NCBI GenBank assembly: GCA_044376115.1
Contig: JBILLK010000011.1
Span: forward strand, 1-64,000
DNA length: 64,000 nucleotides
DNA from: Polyangiaceae bacterium
GTDB lineage: Bacteria; Myxococcota_A; Polyangia; Polyangiales; Polyangiaceae
Direction of reading: 5' to 3'
This document shows positions 28,833 to 38,612 of this stretch, one piece after another. The notes under the pieces were generated by a model. That model did not search any database and was not told where the DNA came from. It saw nothing but the letters and a program-made list of their open reading frames with translations. Positions within the stretch are counted from its first letter, which is position 1. Each line of letters opens with the position of its first letter. The position numbers were made by a program, and so were the translations under genes.

Positions 28833-30054
28833 GCTCAAGCTCGCCGTCCGCTACCTGGTGTCGGCGCGGCTGCAGAGCGGACTATTGATGTTCGGCGTCG
28901 CGGTCGGCGTGGTCGTATTCACCTTCATCGCTGCGCTGATGAACGGGCTGAGCGTTCGGCTGACCGAGGACATCACTGGCAACGTTGCACACGTGACGCT
29001 CGAGCCGGAGCTCCGCGTGCCGCGGGTATTCATGGCCTCCCCAGCCGGCCGCCCTCTATTCGCGGTCCAACCCGGACATGACGTGAAGTCGGTGATCCGC
29101 AGCTACCGCTCCGCGCTCGAGGTGGCTAGGCGAATGCAAGGCGTCCGCGTGGCAGTGCCCGAGGTGTTCGGAAATGCAACCGTGGCGCGCGGGGAGAAGA
29201 ACGTCGCCGTGGCTGTCACCGGCGTAGAAACGAACAGCGCGAACGAGATCGCGCCGCTTGGTCACTCGATGGTCAAAGGCCGTCTCGAGCTGGGTGTCGG
29301 CGACCTGGTGATCGGTTCGCGGCTCGCAGAGGAACTCGCAGTCGACGTTGGGGATCGAGTGCTCCTTCGGCCCGCTCAGACCTCCGGAACGGAGAGTGAC
29401 GCCGTGGGCGTCATGGTTGTCCGTGGGGTCTTCACGCTAGGTATTCAGGCGATTGACGAACGCGTCGTGTACATGGACCTGGCCTCGGCCAAGAAGCTCT
29501 TCGATCTCTCCGATGGCGTTTCGATCATCGAGCTGAAAGTAGATGACGTATGGCAGGCGCCGCTGATCGCTGAGCGACTCGGGCGGGCGACGAAGCTGAA
29601 GGCGTCCAATTGGCTCGACCGAAACGCGCGCCTCCAAGAAGGGCTGCGCGCCCAAGCGAGTACCTCCACCATGATCAAGGCGTTCAGCCTGCTTACGATC
29701 GCCATCGGTGTAGCCAGTGCACTTTTTCTCTCGGTCTCACGACGACGTGGGGACATCGGCATCCTGCGAAGCTTTGGCATCGGACGCGGGGCGATCATCC
29801 GTACCTTCGTGTTCCAAGGACTTCTGATCGGCACGATCGGTGCCGTCGTCGGCGTGGCCTTGGGCTTCGGATTTGCGCACCTCTTGCTGGCTACCTCGAT
29901 GAAGGCAACGGGAACTCCATCGATCCCGATCGACCCCGCACGGGGTGAATACCTCCGGGCAATCCTGCTCGCGATGGGCACGAGCGCCCTTGCTGCGGTG
30001 CTCCCTGCTTGGTCCGCAGCTCGAATCGACCCACTCGAGGCTATTCAGTCATGA
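28822..30054 (+). CDS. ABC transporter permease, FtsX/MacB/LolC family
   Basis: N-terminal TM, large periplasmic domain, R..DIGILRSFG..R..I...F, LPA..AARIDP.EAI. Confidence 0.92.
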   Translation: MVIELKLAVRYLVSARLQSGLLMFGVAVGVVVFTFIAALMNGLSVRLTEDITGNVAHVTLEPELRVPRVFMASPAGRPLFAVQPGHDVKSVIRSYRSALEVARRMQGVRVAVPEVFGNATVARGEKNVAVAVTGVETNSANEIAPLGHSMVKGRLELGVGDLVIGSRLAEELAVDVGDRVLLRPAQTSGTESDAVGVMVVRGVFTLGIQAIDERVVYMDLASAKKLFDLSDGVSIIELKVDDVWQAPLIAERLGRATKLKASNWLDRNARLQEGLRAQASTSTMIKAFSLLTIAIGVASALFLSVSRRRGDIGILRSFGIGRGAIIRTFVFQGLLIGTIGAVVGVALGFGFAHLLLATSMKATGTPSIPIDPARGEYLRAILLAMGTSALAAVLPAWSAARIDPLEAIQS

Positions 30055-30827
30055 CCGAGCTGAGCCCGAGCGTCCTTGAGGCGACCAACATCGTAAAGAC
30101 CTTTGGTGAGGGAGAAAGCGCAACCCACGTCCTCCTAGGAGTGTCCGCCACCGTTGCGCGGGGAGAGTTCGTTGCGCTGGTCGGCCCGAGCGGCAGCGGC
30201 AAGAGCACCTTTCTCTCGATCGCGGGAACTCTGCTTACGCCGACCAGCGGAGCGCTCCAAATCGTTGGCCGCAGCGTGCTCGGTCTGCCTGAGAAGGCGC
30301 TCGCCCGTGTTCGCAACCGTCACCTAGGGTTCGTGTTTCAGTTTCACCACTTGCTCGAGGAATTTACAGCGCTCGAGAACGTGCTCATGCCGGTGTACGG
30401 GGCGCGCTCGTGGGCCAACGGGACGTTCAGCGATCGTGCGCGTATGTTGCTCGATCGTGTCGGGCTCTCTCAACGATTGTCGTTTCGGGCCTCGAAGCTC
30501 TCCGGCGGTCAAAAGCAACGGGTTGCGGTGGCCAGGGCGCTGATCATGAAGCCGGAGCTCATTTTAGCGGATGAGCCGACTGGAAACCTCGATCGCGAGA
30601 ACTCGGACGAGCTGATGGCGCTCCTGCGAGAGCTCTCTCTCGACGAAGGCACAGCCTTTCTCATCAGCACGCATGACGAATCGATCGCGCAACGCTGCGA
30701 CCGCATTCTCTCGATGGTGGACGGTAAACTCATTGGCGTGGAGAAGGGGGCTTCAAGCCCCAACGGAACGTCCAGCGCGCGGGAGCCCGAGTCATTCATG
30801 GTGGTCGGCGATAGCGCATCACACTGA
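30051..30827 (+). CDS. ABC transporter ATP-binding protein, LolD/MacB-like
   Basis: GPSGSGKST, GFVFQFHHL, LSGGQKQRVAVARAL, LADEPTGNLD, THD. Confidence 0.95.
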   Translation: MTELSPSVLEATNIVKTFGEGESATHVLLGVSATVARGEFVALVGPSGSGKSTFLSIAGTLLTPTSGALQIVGRSVLGLPEKALARVRNRHLGFVFQFHHLLEEFTALENVLMPVYGARSWANGTFSDRARMLLDRVGLSQRLSFRASKLSGGQKQRVAVARALIMKPELILADEPTGNLDRENSDELMALLRELSLDEGTAFLISTHDESIAQRCDRILSMVDGKLIGVEKGASSPNGTSSAREPESFMVVGDSASH

Positions 30828-30849
30828 TGCGGACTGATAACCAATCTGA

Positions 30850-30915
30850 CGAGAAGCGAGGTCGATATGACCGATGGATGCGATAGCTCCGGACTTCACT
30901 GGCGCTGCGTATTTC
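30850..30915 (-). pseudogene. Degenerate PRC-barrel gene remnant
   Basis: IRSASEVRSYRIH and, in another frame, IGHID match LRSASEVRGYHIQ...IGHVE of 26197..27000; DNA at 30882-30911 resembles 26541-26570. Confidence 0.65.
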
Positions 30916-31022
30916 TTTAGGCGCAGGGGCAACCGCTTGGCGCGGGCCTCGGTTAGCCCTGCGATGCGCCGTGCCGTTTCGACGCACGCTCGAGCTGGCT
31001 CGACGATTGCTTGGTCAAGCGC

Positions 31023-31451
31023 ATGCTGCAAACGACCGACGTGAGGTTGTCTGAGAACGCGCGCATCCTTGCGAAGAGCTCACGCAGCTCGGTCGTCAGA
31101 CTCGATCCCCTCGAGCGCAACCAACTCGCAGCGGGCGAGTTCCTACGCAAGTTGGTTGCTGAGCTGCAGCCGATGCTGCATCAGGCCATGCGCTCTCGCC
31201 GAATCGTCCTGGCACGAGATCCTTACGGCGCCGTCATGCTCAAGTCGAACGGAGCCTTCGTGCATGTCGACCTTGCGAACCGGGATCACACCCTCGAGCC
31301 GGTGCAGGTGCTGGCGGCCGAGCCCAACCTGCTCGCCATCCTCCACCGCATCGAGGCGGAGCTGAGCTCCGTCGCGGGTCCTCGAGCCGCGAGCGCAGCC
31401 AGCGTCGTCCGCTTCGCACGCTACTCCCTCGCGGCTGCTGCCGCAGCGTAA
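31023..31451 (+). CDS. Hypothetical protein (intact copy of a duplicated gene)
   Basis: Amino-acid-level conservation with the remnant at 27119-27326 supports coding status. Confidence 0.7.
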   Translation: MLQTTDVRLSENARILAKSSRSSVVRLDPLERNQLAAGEFLRKLVAELQPMLHQAMRSRRIVLARDPYGAVMLKSNGAFVHVDLANRDHTLEPVQVLAAEPNLLAILHRIEAELSSVAGPRAASAASVVRFARYSLAAAAAA

Positions 31452-31592
31452 GTTCGCAATACATCGATTTACTCGAAGTGTTCGTTCGAGATTATTGCGG
31501 CCGCTGCGTGCCTCGCTCTGTTGACCGCTGGCCAATGTGTCAGTTCAACTCGTCGCCGAGAGTGACGAGGGGTCGTCGCCTCGAAGGGGATT

Positions 31593-33707
31593 GTGCAGCT
31601 CTACTCGCTCGTGCCCTGTGTGACTGGAGTCGTTTCGTGGGAGCGCGGGGCAGGCGATCCACGGCTGACGATCGTGACGAAGCGCACCTACCGACTCGAG
31701 CACGCGTTCTCGGTCGCGAGCTCGCAGGAGCCGCTCTACGAAGACGACTACCCCGCTGCCAACGGAAGTGTTGCGCGTCCCAACGACCTCGCGCCCTTCA
31801 AAAAGAAGGTCGATTGCGTGGTGGTCGGAGCGGCTCATTTCGGCAAGGGGCCCTCGTTCAGTGACGTTGAAGTCAGCTTCCGCCTGGGAGCTCAGATCAA
31901 CAAGCGCGTACAGCCGGGGGACCCAAACGGCCTCGCGCCGATACCGGCCGTGTGGCCCTCCCGCGCGACGCAACGCCCTATCGACTGGGCACCCACTTCA
32001 AGCAAGCAATTGGGCGACGTGAGCGCGGTCCCCGCGACCTTCTTTCAATGCGCTCCAAGCGATCAGCAGACCGAGGCCGTCGCTACAGGCGACTACCTCG
32101 AGCTGCGCCACCTGGTTGCGGAGACACCGAGGTTTTGTGCGGCGCTACCGTCCTTCGCGCCGGTGATCCTGATGTTTGAACATGAGCGGGACATGCGCGT
32201 CCTCACCATGCGAAGCGACCTTTTCGTAATCGACACCGATCGCCAGGTGCTTACCGTGACTTCGCGCATCGGCTTACCCAGGCTGGAGTCGAACACGCTT
32301 GGGATCGTTGGGGGCGCGGAGCATGCCTCGCTGCAACTCGGCGAAGTCTCGGCAGCGCTCGGTGAATCGGAAGGCTCGCGCAGGCTCCGCGAGTGGTTTG
32401 CGGGCCGCATGCGTGCGCGCGCCAATGCCATCGCCGCAGAGTCTCCGAACGCCACGCTGATTCATCGCGCGACTACCAAGTTGGTCAAGGCGACTACTGC
32501 GGTCGAGCAGCCGCAATGGCTTTCGGGGCCGCGCGCCCAGCCCTCCGTCGATCTGCCGCCGCCAGCACGCTGGAGTACGACGCACGGAGCCGTGCAACCG
32601 GCGGTGCTTGAACAATCTGCCACGATGGTGATCGACGTGACGGCTTCGTCTTCGGAGCCTCAGCCCGTCGCGCCGCCGTTGGCTCGCGCCGACTCGAGCC
32701 CGCCGTTGTCGGTGAACCATGCTGAAGCTCCCGCTCGGCCGATCGCCGTGGCCCTCCCCAGCTACCTCAAGCCCGCCCCTCCCACGGCCACCACGCCTGG
32801 GCTCCAGCCGATGGCCCCGCCGCCGGTGGCGTCTGTCGAATCGCAGCTGTCTACGGAGCGAACGCAAGAGGAGTCGGCCGTCTCACCTGCGGCAGGCGGC
32901 GGGCTCTTGACGCTGCTATTCGCGGATGAAACCAAGCTCGAGCAACGTGGCACGAGCGAGGCTCTCTCGGCGTTGGTCGAGCCGGCACCCGTCAGCGAGT
33001 CGCGCGAGATAGAAGCAACCGATTGGGCAAAAGATGAGCGCCACGATGACGATGCTTCAGCGCTCGAGCTTGCCTTGCGCGTGCTACGCAGCGGGAGCGC
33101 GACGCGACTGGAGCAAGTTGGCTTCGTGCGGAGTGACGATGGGGCTCCGGGTGCTTTGCTCCGTGCCGATCTCGTGCGGTTGGAGGGCCAGCTGTGCCCT
33201 TGTTTGTCGCGGGTCTCCGTAATCACTGCCACCTTGCGGCTCGCCTCACTGGCGCTTGCTCCGGTTTCCCCGGAGCGTGCTGCGAAGCTCGCGTCGTTGC
33301 TCGCTCTGATGCACGAGGACCTCGAGTTCGCTCCGGACGAGGCCCTTGCGCCCATTCGTGACGAGCTCGCCTGCCTTTGTGACGGTGAGGAGCGCCGACC
33401 GAAGCTTGAGACGTTGACGCTCCAAGCCGAGGCGTTGGTTCGTAGCAAGCGATGTTTTGCACCCGTCATGCTCGAAGGCGGCGTCTACATCCGCGCCGAG
33501 CTAGAGGCCGGTGGCAAGCGCGCCGCCGTCTTCATCCCCGAGGGTTATGGCAGCAGCTTGCCCGACCTCGCCCGCTTTCCGGCCGTGCTGGTGGCGAGGG
33601 CGACGCTCGCCTCGGACCAGCCCTCTCTTGTCGCGCTCGCTGCGGCGCAGCGGCTCGACGAATCGAAACTGACCTTCGCACCCTCACATTCGGAAGGAAG
33701 ACCATGA
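31593..33707 (+). CDS. DUF2169 family T6SS accessory protein with Pro-rich linker and unknown C-terminal domain
   Basis: LTIV.K.TY.L, DLAPFK.K.D.VV.G.A, FFQCAP.DQQ, L.L..L, M..D...IDTD; ATGA-coupled to vgrG. Confidence 0.8.
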   Translation: MQLYSLVPCVTGVVSWERGAGDPRLTIVTKRTYRLEHAFSVASSQEPLYEDDYPAANGSVARPNDLAPFKKKVDCVVVGAAHFGKGPSFSDVEVSFRLGAQINKRVQPGDPNGLAPIPAVWPSRATQRPIDWAPTSSKQLGDVSAVPATFFQCAPSDQQTEAVATGDYLELRHLVAETPRFCAALPSFAPVILMFEHERDMRVLTMRSDLFVIDTDRQVLTVTSRIGLPRLESNTLGIVGGAEHASLQLGEVSAALGESEGSRRLREWFAGRMRARANAIAAESPNATLIHRATTKLVKATTAVEQPQWLSGPRAQPSVDLPPPARWSTTHGAVQPAVLEQSATMVIDVTASSSEPQPVAPPLARADSSPPLSVNHAEAPARPIAVALPSYLKPAPPTATTPGLQPMAPPPVASVESQLSTERTQEESAVSPAAGGGLLTLLFADETKLEQRGTSEALSALVEPAPVSESREIEATDWAKDERHDDDASALELALRVLRSGSATRLEQVGFVRSDDGAPGALLRADLVRLEGQLCPCLSRVSVITATLRLASLALAPVSPERAAKLASLLALMHEDLEFAPDEALAPIRDELACLCDGEERRPKLETLTLQAEALVRSKRCFAPVMLEGGVYIRAELEAGGKRAAVFIPEGYGSSLPDLARFPAVLVARATLASDQPSLVALAAAQRLDESKLTFAPSHSEGRP

Positions 33708-36172
33708 CTCTGCAGTTGCAGCTCGAAAACGGTGAAGCGCTCGACGTTCGATCGTTCAAAGTCTCCGAGGCGCTTTCGCGTCCCTTTCGTGTGGACCTCG
33801 TTGCGGTTTCGACGAACCACGATCTCGACTTCGAAGGCGCCATCGGTAGGCCAGCCGTTTTCAGGCTCACGAACCCAGCTGCCTACGTCTTGGTTCCCAC
33901 GCGAACGTGGGTTGGCGTTTGCACGCGTTGTGAGCAGACCAAGGTCGAGGCTGGAGGCCTATCGACGTACGAGCTGACCATCGAGTCCCAGCTCTGGGCG
34001 TTGGCTCAGCGGCGCAACCATCGGGTGTTTCAACATTTGAGCGTGCCCGAGATCGTCGCGCGCATCTTCTCCGAGTGGCAGCTCGAGTTCTCTCTGGAGG
34101 TGGACCCCAAGGCCCATGCGCCGCTCGAGTTCCGCATTCAATACGGGGAGACGGATCTGGCCTTCGTCAGCCGACTGCTCGAGGAGGCCGGGATCTCGTA
34201 TGTGACCGTGCAAACTCCACTTGGGATGAAGGTCGTCCTTCGGGATGCTCCGCAAGCTCATGACAAGCGCGCGGCACCACCGCTCACCTTCGTCGACTCG
34301 GCGGCCCAGGCGCAAGCTGCACAGGTGGAGTACGCGACGTCGCTTCGATTCCGCAGAGAGGCGCGGCCTGGGAAGGTCGTGCTTCGTGACTTCGACTTTC
34401 GCAACCCACGCTTCGATCTGGAGGCCTCAGCGAGCGTCACGACTGGCAACGTGGAAGATGCGCTCGAGGTCTACCGTTTCGCACCAGGTCGCTTTCTCAC
34501 CGAGGGCCACACAGGTGGTGAAACCCCAGTAGCGGATGACCGTGGCGTCGCGCGCTACCACCAACCCGCTGGTACCGCGATGGCAACGCGCCTGCTCGAG
34601 GCGGAGCGCGTCCAGCGACGTATCGTGCGCTTCCGAACCAACGCCTTCGACCTCGCGCCCGGTGTGGTCTTCAATATGGCCAACCACCCAAAGACCGAGC
34701 TCTTTCCAACCTCGTGGCTGCTCAGTACGGAGTTCGTTGTCTCGGGAGAGGTCGGTCTCGAATGGGTGGCCGAGGTGCGTGCGGTCTTCGCCGACGCCAG
34801 CTATCGACCGGAGCTATCGACCGCCAAGCCAGCCATCTTCGGCGTGCAGAGCGCGATCGTAGTCGGCCCCGAAGGCGACAAAGTGCATACCGATGAGTTT
34901 GGTCGTGTGCGCGTTCAGTTTGTTTGGGATCGCGCAAAACACTTCAGTGAACTCTCCTCGTGTTGGGTACGCGTGAGCCAGGCCTGGGCAGGTACTGGCT
35001 ACGGGCATGTCGTGTTGCCGCGCGTGGGGCACGAGGTGCTCGTTGGCTTCGTCGACGGCAACCCTGATCAACCGATCGTCGTTGGTCGCGTCTTCAACGG
35101 CGCTCAACAAACGCCGTACAAGCTGCCTGGTAGCAAGCTCATCAGCGCATGGAAGAGCGACTCCAACTCGAACATCATCGTTTTCGATGACACGCCCGGC
35201 GAGGAGGGGTTCTACACCCAGGCCGAGAAGGACCGCGTCGGCATCGTCAAGAAGGACGAGACCTATCTCACGGGTGGCAAACGTGTCGTGGCCATCAAGA
35301 AGGCCTACAAGTCGCTGGTCGGCGACAAGCAGGACCACTTCGCGGGCAAGGACTACAAAATGCTCGCCGGCAAAGAATGGAAGTCGCAGGCGCTGATTGA
35401 GTGGGGCGCCAAGGCCGGGCTCGAGGCAGGGCTCAAGTCGGGCAAGGAGATCAGCATTGGCGTGCAGCCTGTGGTGCCCTTCGTGATGGCGCTGATCGAT
35501 GTGTTTCAGGCCAAGGCCAAGCTGAAGAAGCTTCTGCCGGATGGTCCGCCTGACCTATCGGCCGTGCTGCCCGACTTCACCAAAGGCGGTATCACGGTAA
35601 AATCTGGAGCGGTCTCGAAGCCAAAAAAGCTCTCCAAGGAGGAGGTCGAGTCGGGGATGGCCGACGTAATCAACCTCTTCGGCCTCGCCCTCAAGGGCAA
35701 GTCGAAGCTCGAGCTGAGCGAGCTCTTGGACGAGCACGGTCTTGAAAAAGGCATCGAACTGCTGCTCGCGGGGGTCAAGGGTAGTGTGCCCAAGTCGCTG
35801 CTCAAGCTGACCGATCTCGATAGCCTGCTCGAACATTTGCAGGCCCTGCTTGGTGGTCTCGCAAAGGATGACGACGGAAAGAAGGGCAGTGAGAAGGCCG
35901 GCAAAAAGAAGAAGAAGGAGGAAGATGACTTCAACCTCATCGACCTCTTACAAGACATTGCCCAAGTCATCCTCGACAAGATCGTCCCAAAGACGAAGAT
36001 CGAACTCGAACATCAGAAAATCACTATCGCCACCGACAAGGCGAAGATTGAGCTGTCCGAGGATTCGATCAAACTCAAAGCCGATAAGGACATTGAGATC
36101 AAGGCCGGCGGCTGTGTGAAGATCGAGGGCGCTAGCGTGAAAATCAAGCCAAGCCCTTGCAAGTGTAAATAG
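33704..36172 (+). CDS. vgrG: Type VI secretion spike protein VgrG/TssI with internal helical insert
   Basis: QYGETDLAFVSRLLEEAGI, G.QSA.VVGP...TDEFGRVRVQF.WDR, WVRVSQAWAG.GYG...LPRVGHEV.V.F.DG.PD.P. Confidence 0.95.
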   Translation: MTLQLQLENGEALDVRSFKVSEALSRPFRVDLVAVSTNHDLDFEGAIGRPAVFRLTNPAAYVLVPTRTWVGVCTRCEQTKVEAGGLSTYELTIESQLWALAQRRNHRVFQHLSVPEIVARIFSEWQLEFSLEVDPKAHAPLEFRIQYGETDLAFVSRLLEEAGISYVTVQTPLGMKVVLRDAPQAHDKRAAPPLTFVDSAAQAQAAQVEYATSLRFRREARPGKVVLRDFDFRNPRFDLEASASVTTGNVEDALEVYRFAPGRFLTEGHTGGETPVADDRGVARYHQPAGTAMATRLLEAERVQRRIVRFRTNAFDLAPGVVFNMANHPKTELFPTSWLLSTEFVVSGEVGLEWVAEVRAVFADASYRPELSTAKPAIFGVQSAIVVGPEGDKVHTDEFGRVRVQFVWDRAKHFSELSSCWVRVSQAWAGTGYGHVVLPRVGHEVLVGFVDGNPDQPIVVGRVFNGAQQTPYKLPGSKLISAWKSDSNSNIIVFDDTPGEEGFYTQAEKDRVGIVKKDETYLTGGKRVVAIKKAYKSLVGDKQDHFAGKDYKMLAGKEWKSQALIEWGAKAGLEAGLKSGKEISIGVQPVVPFVMALIDVFQAKAKLKKLLPDGPPDLSAVLPDFTKGGITVKSGAVSKPKKLSKEEVESGMADVINLFGLALKGKSKLELSELLDEHGLEKGIELLLAGVKGSVPKSLLKLTDLDSLLEHLQALLGGLAKDDDGKKGSEKAGKKKKKEEDDFNLIDLLQDIAQVILDKIVPKTKIELEHQKITIATDKAKIELSEDSIKLKADKDIEIKAGGCVKIEGASVKIKPSPCKCK

Positions 36173-37082
36173 GGTGCGCGTTCAACGCGTGTGATGGTGT
36201 TGAGTGCTGGGCAAGAAAAGCCAAGCTCTCATCGAGCACGCGTTGTGCGAGGCGCGGGTCGCGGGCGCCGGTCCAAACGCGTTTGGACGGCGTTCCCTCA
36301 TGCCCGTAGACGGCGCCCGAGGTGAGATCGTAATCGAATAGAAGCTTGCGGGCGGCGTGCGCAGAGCGCTCAGGCGTGCTCGCATCGTCGAGTAGCGGGA
36401 CGAGCCAACGTAAGACGGAACTCCAAGCGGCGCGTGCATACCAGGGCCCCGTCCGCAGCAAGCCAGTCCCCGGCATCATTCCTGGATCGAACGTTGCGAA
36501 CGTGGTCTTTGGGTATCTGCGTGCGAGCTCCATCGTGGTCACCATCGCGCACAGCTTGCTCGTCGCGTAGCGGTCCATCCCACGCTGCCTGTCGCTGGTC
36601 GCATCCACCTCGCCGCGCGCTAGCCGCTCGACGTCGGTAAATCGACCTCCACGAAAGCCGAACATGGTTGCCGTTCGATTGCTGGGGTTGTGGGTCCCAC
36701 TACCGACCCCGATCACCCGGCCCGCCTCGAGCCAGGGCAATAGCCCTAGGGTCAGTTGAAGTGGCCCGAGATGGTTCACCGCAAACGTTGTCTCGACTCC
36801 CTCATGATTGAACGAGGTCGGCCCCGAGAATTGTAGCCCAGCGTTGTTGACCAAGCCGTGGAGCGGCGTGCTCCAGCCCTCGATCAAGGTTTGGACTGAC
36901 GAGAACGACCCAGTATCGAGCTCTACTACGCGGGCGCCGTGACGAAGCGATCGTGCAACCTCGTGCCCAGCGTTCAGATCGCGAACACCGAGGATCAGCT
37001 CAACGTCCTCTCGTTCGTCCAAGGCTTGCGCGATAGCCAGGCCAAGCCCGCGTGTTGCGCCTGTCAGCAGTATCGTCTTCAT
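36144..37082 (-). CDS. SDR family oxidoreductase (POR/WWOX-like)
   Basis: TGATRGLG, NNAG, FAVNHLG, YATSK. Confidence 0.9.
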   Translation of the reverse strand: MKTILLTGATRGLGLAIAQALDEREDVELILGVRDLNAGHEVARSLRHGARVVELDTGSFSSVQTLIEGWSTPLHGLVNNAGLQFSGPTSFNHEGVETTFAVNHLGPLQLTLGLLPWLEAGRVIGVGSGTHNPSNRTATMFGFRGGRFTDVERLARGEVDATSDRQRGMDRYATSKLCAMVTTMELARRYPKTTFATFDPGMMPGTGLLRTGPWYARAAWSSVLRWLVPLLDDASTPERSAHAARKLLFDYDLTSGAVYGHEGTPSKRVWTGARDPRLAQRVLDESLAFLAQHSTPSHALNAHPIYTCKGLA

Positions 37083-37130
37083 CCGTTCCTTTCGCTTGCT
37101 CGGCGGCGACCGGGCAGGCACCGTAAGAAT

Positions 37131-37799
37131 GTGAAGGATCCTTCGGGTACGCCATTCGCATACGCCGGTGCTCGGCTCCGCAAGCGCGTCCGTCAGCGAA
37201 AACAGCCAGTTCAGAGCCGCTCGAAGGCAACCACGGAGGCGCTCGTGGAAGCGACCCTTCAGGTTTTGCTACGCGACGGCTATCCGAAGCTCACGACCAC
37301 TCGGGTCGCCCAACGAGCTGGCGTTTCGGTTGGCACGCTGTACCAATACTTCCCAGATAAGCGCTCGCTACTGACCGCGCTCAAGGTTCGGTATTTCGGA
37401 CTCATGGTCGGCGCCGTGGGGGCCGCGCTCGCAGAGGGCGGCGAATCGGATTTGGCGGTCGTCCTTCGGCGGGCGCTTCGATCGCTCGTCCAGGTAAAGC
37501 GCAAGCACCTCGACCTGACGAAGGCGCTACGCGGCCCGATGGCGGATAGCGAAGGGCTCAGCTTCATGCGCGAGACGCTGGAGCATTTCGTGGCGCTGCT
37601 TTCGCCTTATCTTGCCCACGTTCTCCCGACTACCGAGGCGATCGAGGCGCGCGCAGCCATTCTTGTATCGGCGATTGAGGGGGCGATCTCGCATGCGGTG
37701 TATGTTGCCCCCAACTGGCTCGCGGAGGAGTGGTTCGTCGATGACCTCGTGGCGCTCTCGGTTGGCTATCTGCGGGGCGTCTGTGGTCCCTGTGCGTAA
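37131..37799 (+). CDS. TetR/AcrR family regulator, divergent from the SDR gene
   Basis: RKQP.Q.RS..T, TT.RVA.RAGVSVGTLYQYFPDK; start uncertain. Confidence 0.88.
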   Translation: MKDPSGTPFAYAGARLRKRVRQRKQPVQSRSKATTEALVEATLQVLLRDGYPKLTTTRVAQRAGVSVGTLYQYFPDKRSLLTALKVRYFGLMVGAVGAALAEGGESDLAVVLRRALRSLVQVKRKHLDLTKALRGPMADSEGLSFMRETLEHFVALLSPYLAHVLPTTEAIEARAAILVSAIEGAISHAVYVAPNWLAEEWFVDDLVALSVGYLRGVCGPCA

Positions 37800-37805
37800 G
37801 CTCGA

Positions 37806-38612
37806 TTATCGAGGCAAGCTCGCGACATGGCGTAGCGCCGAGGCCCTCAGCAGTCGGTCGTTGCTATCCCAGTAAACGGGGCGGGCGTAGTAGTCATAGA
37901 GGCGGGTCTCGTACTCGCGATTGACGGCTATGCCGGCGTTCCATGCGGGGCTGTTCTTGATCGCCTGTCGCGGGAGGTCGACATAGACCATGCGCTCTTC
38001 CCAACTAATGAGGTTGGCCCAATGTGGAGCAACCAGCACCTTCTTGCCAAACCACCAATTGCTGGTGTCGATAACCAAGTAGCGAAGCTCCCAGGTCTCG
38101 TCGTCGACGATGAAATCTTCGACGTGGCCGATGACGTCGTCGCGTCCCTGAATGTGGTACCCGCGGACTTCACGTGCGCTGCGGAGATGAAGGTCGGCCT
38201 CCTCCCCGAGGTGCGCAATAGCCGTATCGTGCCAGCTTCCAGCGGCGAGCCAGCCTGGGTAGGCGCCCATGCCCCAAAGACCCGTATAGCCCCAGTAGTA
38301 CGGGTAGCCGTAGTAGCGAGAGTAGTCTCGCTCATGTTGCCTCGAGACGGGCTTGTCCGTGTCGACGCTGGGACTGTGTTGGATCCTCTCTCGCGTTAGC
38401 GCGACGTGGAGCCTCCGCGTCGACCAGTCGGCTTGGCGCAAAGAGACGGGCGATATCAGGACGCGTCGGCGGTCGAAGAACCGATCCGTGTCGGCAACCA
38501 AGTAGCGGATGGTCCACTGCTGGTCGTCAAACAGGAAGTTCACGACGCTTCCGAGGTCGCCATCGCTGGCGCTCAGAGTGTAACCGTCGAGATCATTCAG
38601 GCTTCGCAACAT
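37806..38612 (-). CDS. PRC-barrel domain protein, paralogue of 26197..27000
   Basis: Collinear over the full length (MLRSL.DL..Y..SASDGD...NWWFGKKVLVAPHWA). Confidence 0.9.
   Translation of the reverse strand: MLRSLNDLDGYTLSASDGDLGSVVNFLFDDQQWTIRYLVADTDRFFDRRRVLISPVSLRQADWSTRRLHVALTRERIQHSPSVDTDKPVSRQHERDYSRYYGYPYYWGYTGLWGMGAYPGWLAAGSWHDTAIAHLGEEADLHLRSAREVRGYHIQGRDDVIGHVEDFIVDDETWELRYLVIDTSNWWFGKKVLVAPHWANLISWEERMVYVDLPRQAIKNSPAWNAGIAVNREYETRLYDYYARPVYWDSNDRLLRASALRHVASLPR

Noticed and set aside
33452..33703. N-terminal extension of VgrG
   Set aside because: Overlaps DUF2169 in another frame; ATG 33704 has an RBS and ATGA coupling.
36144..36172. Short convergent overlaps (also 39787-39809)
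   Set aside because: Overlaps of under 30 bp are ordinary in GC-rich genomes.
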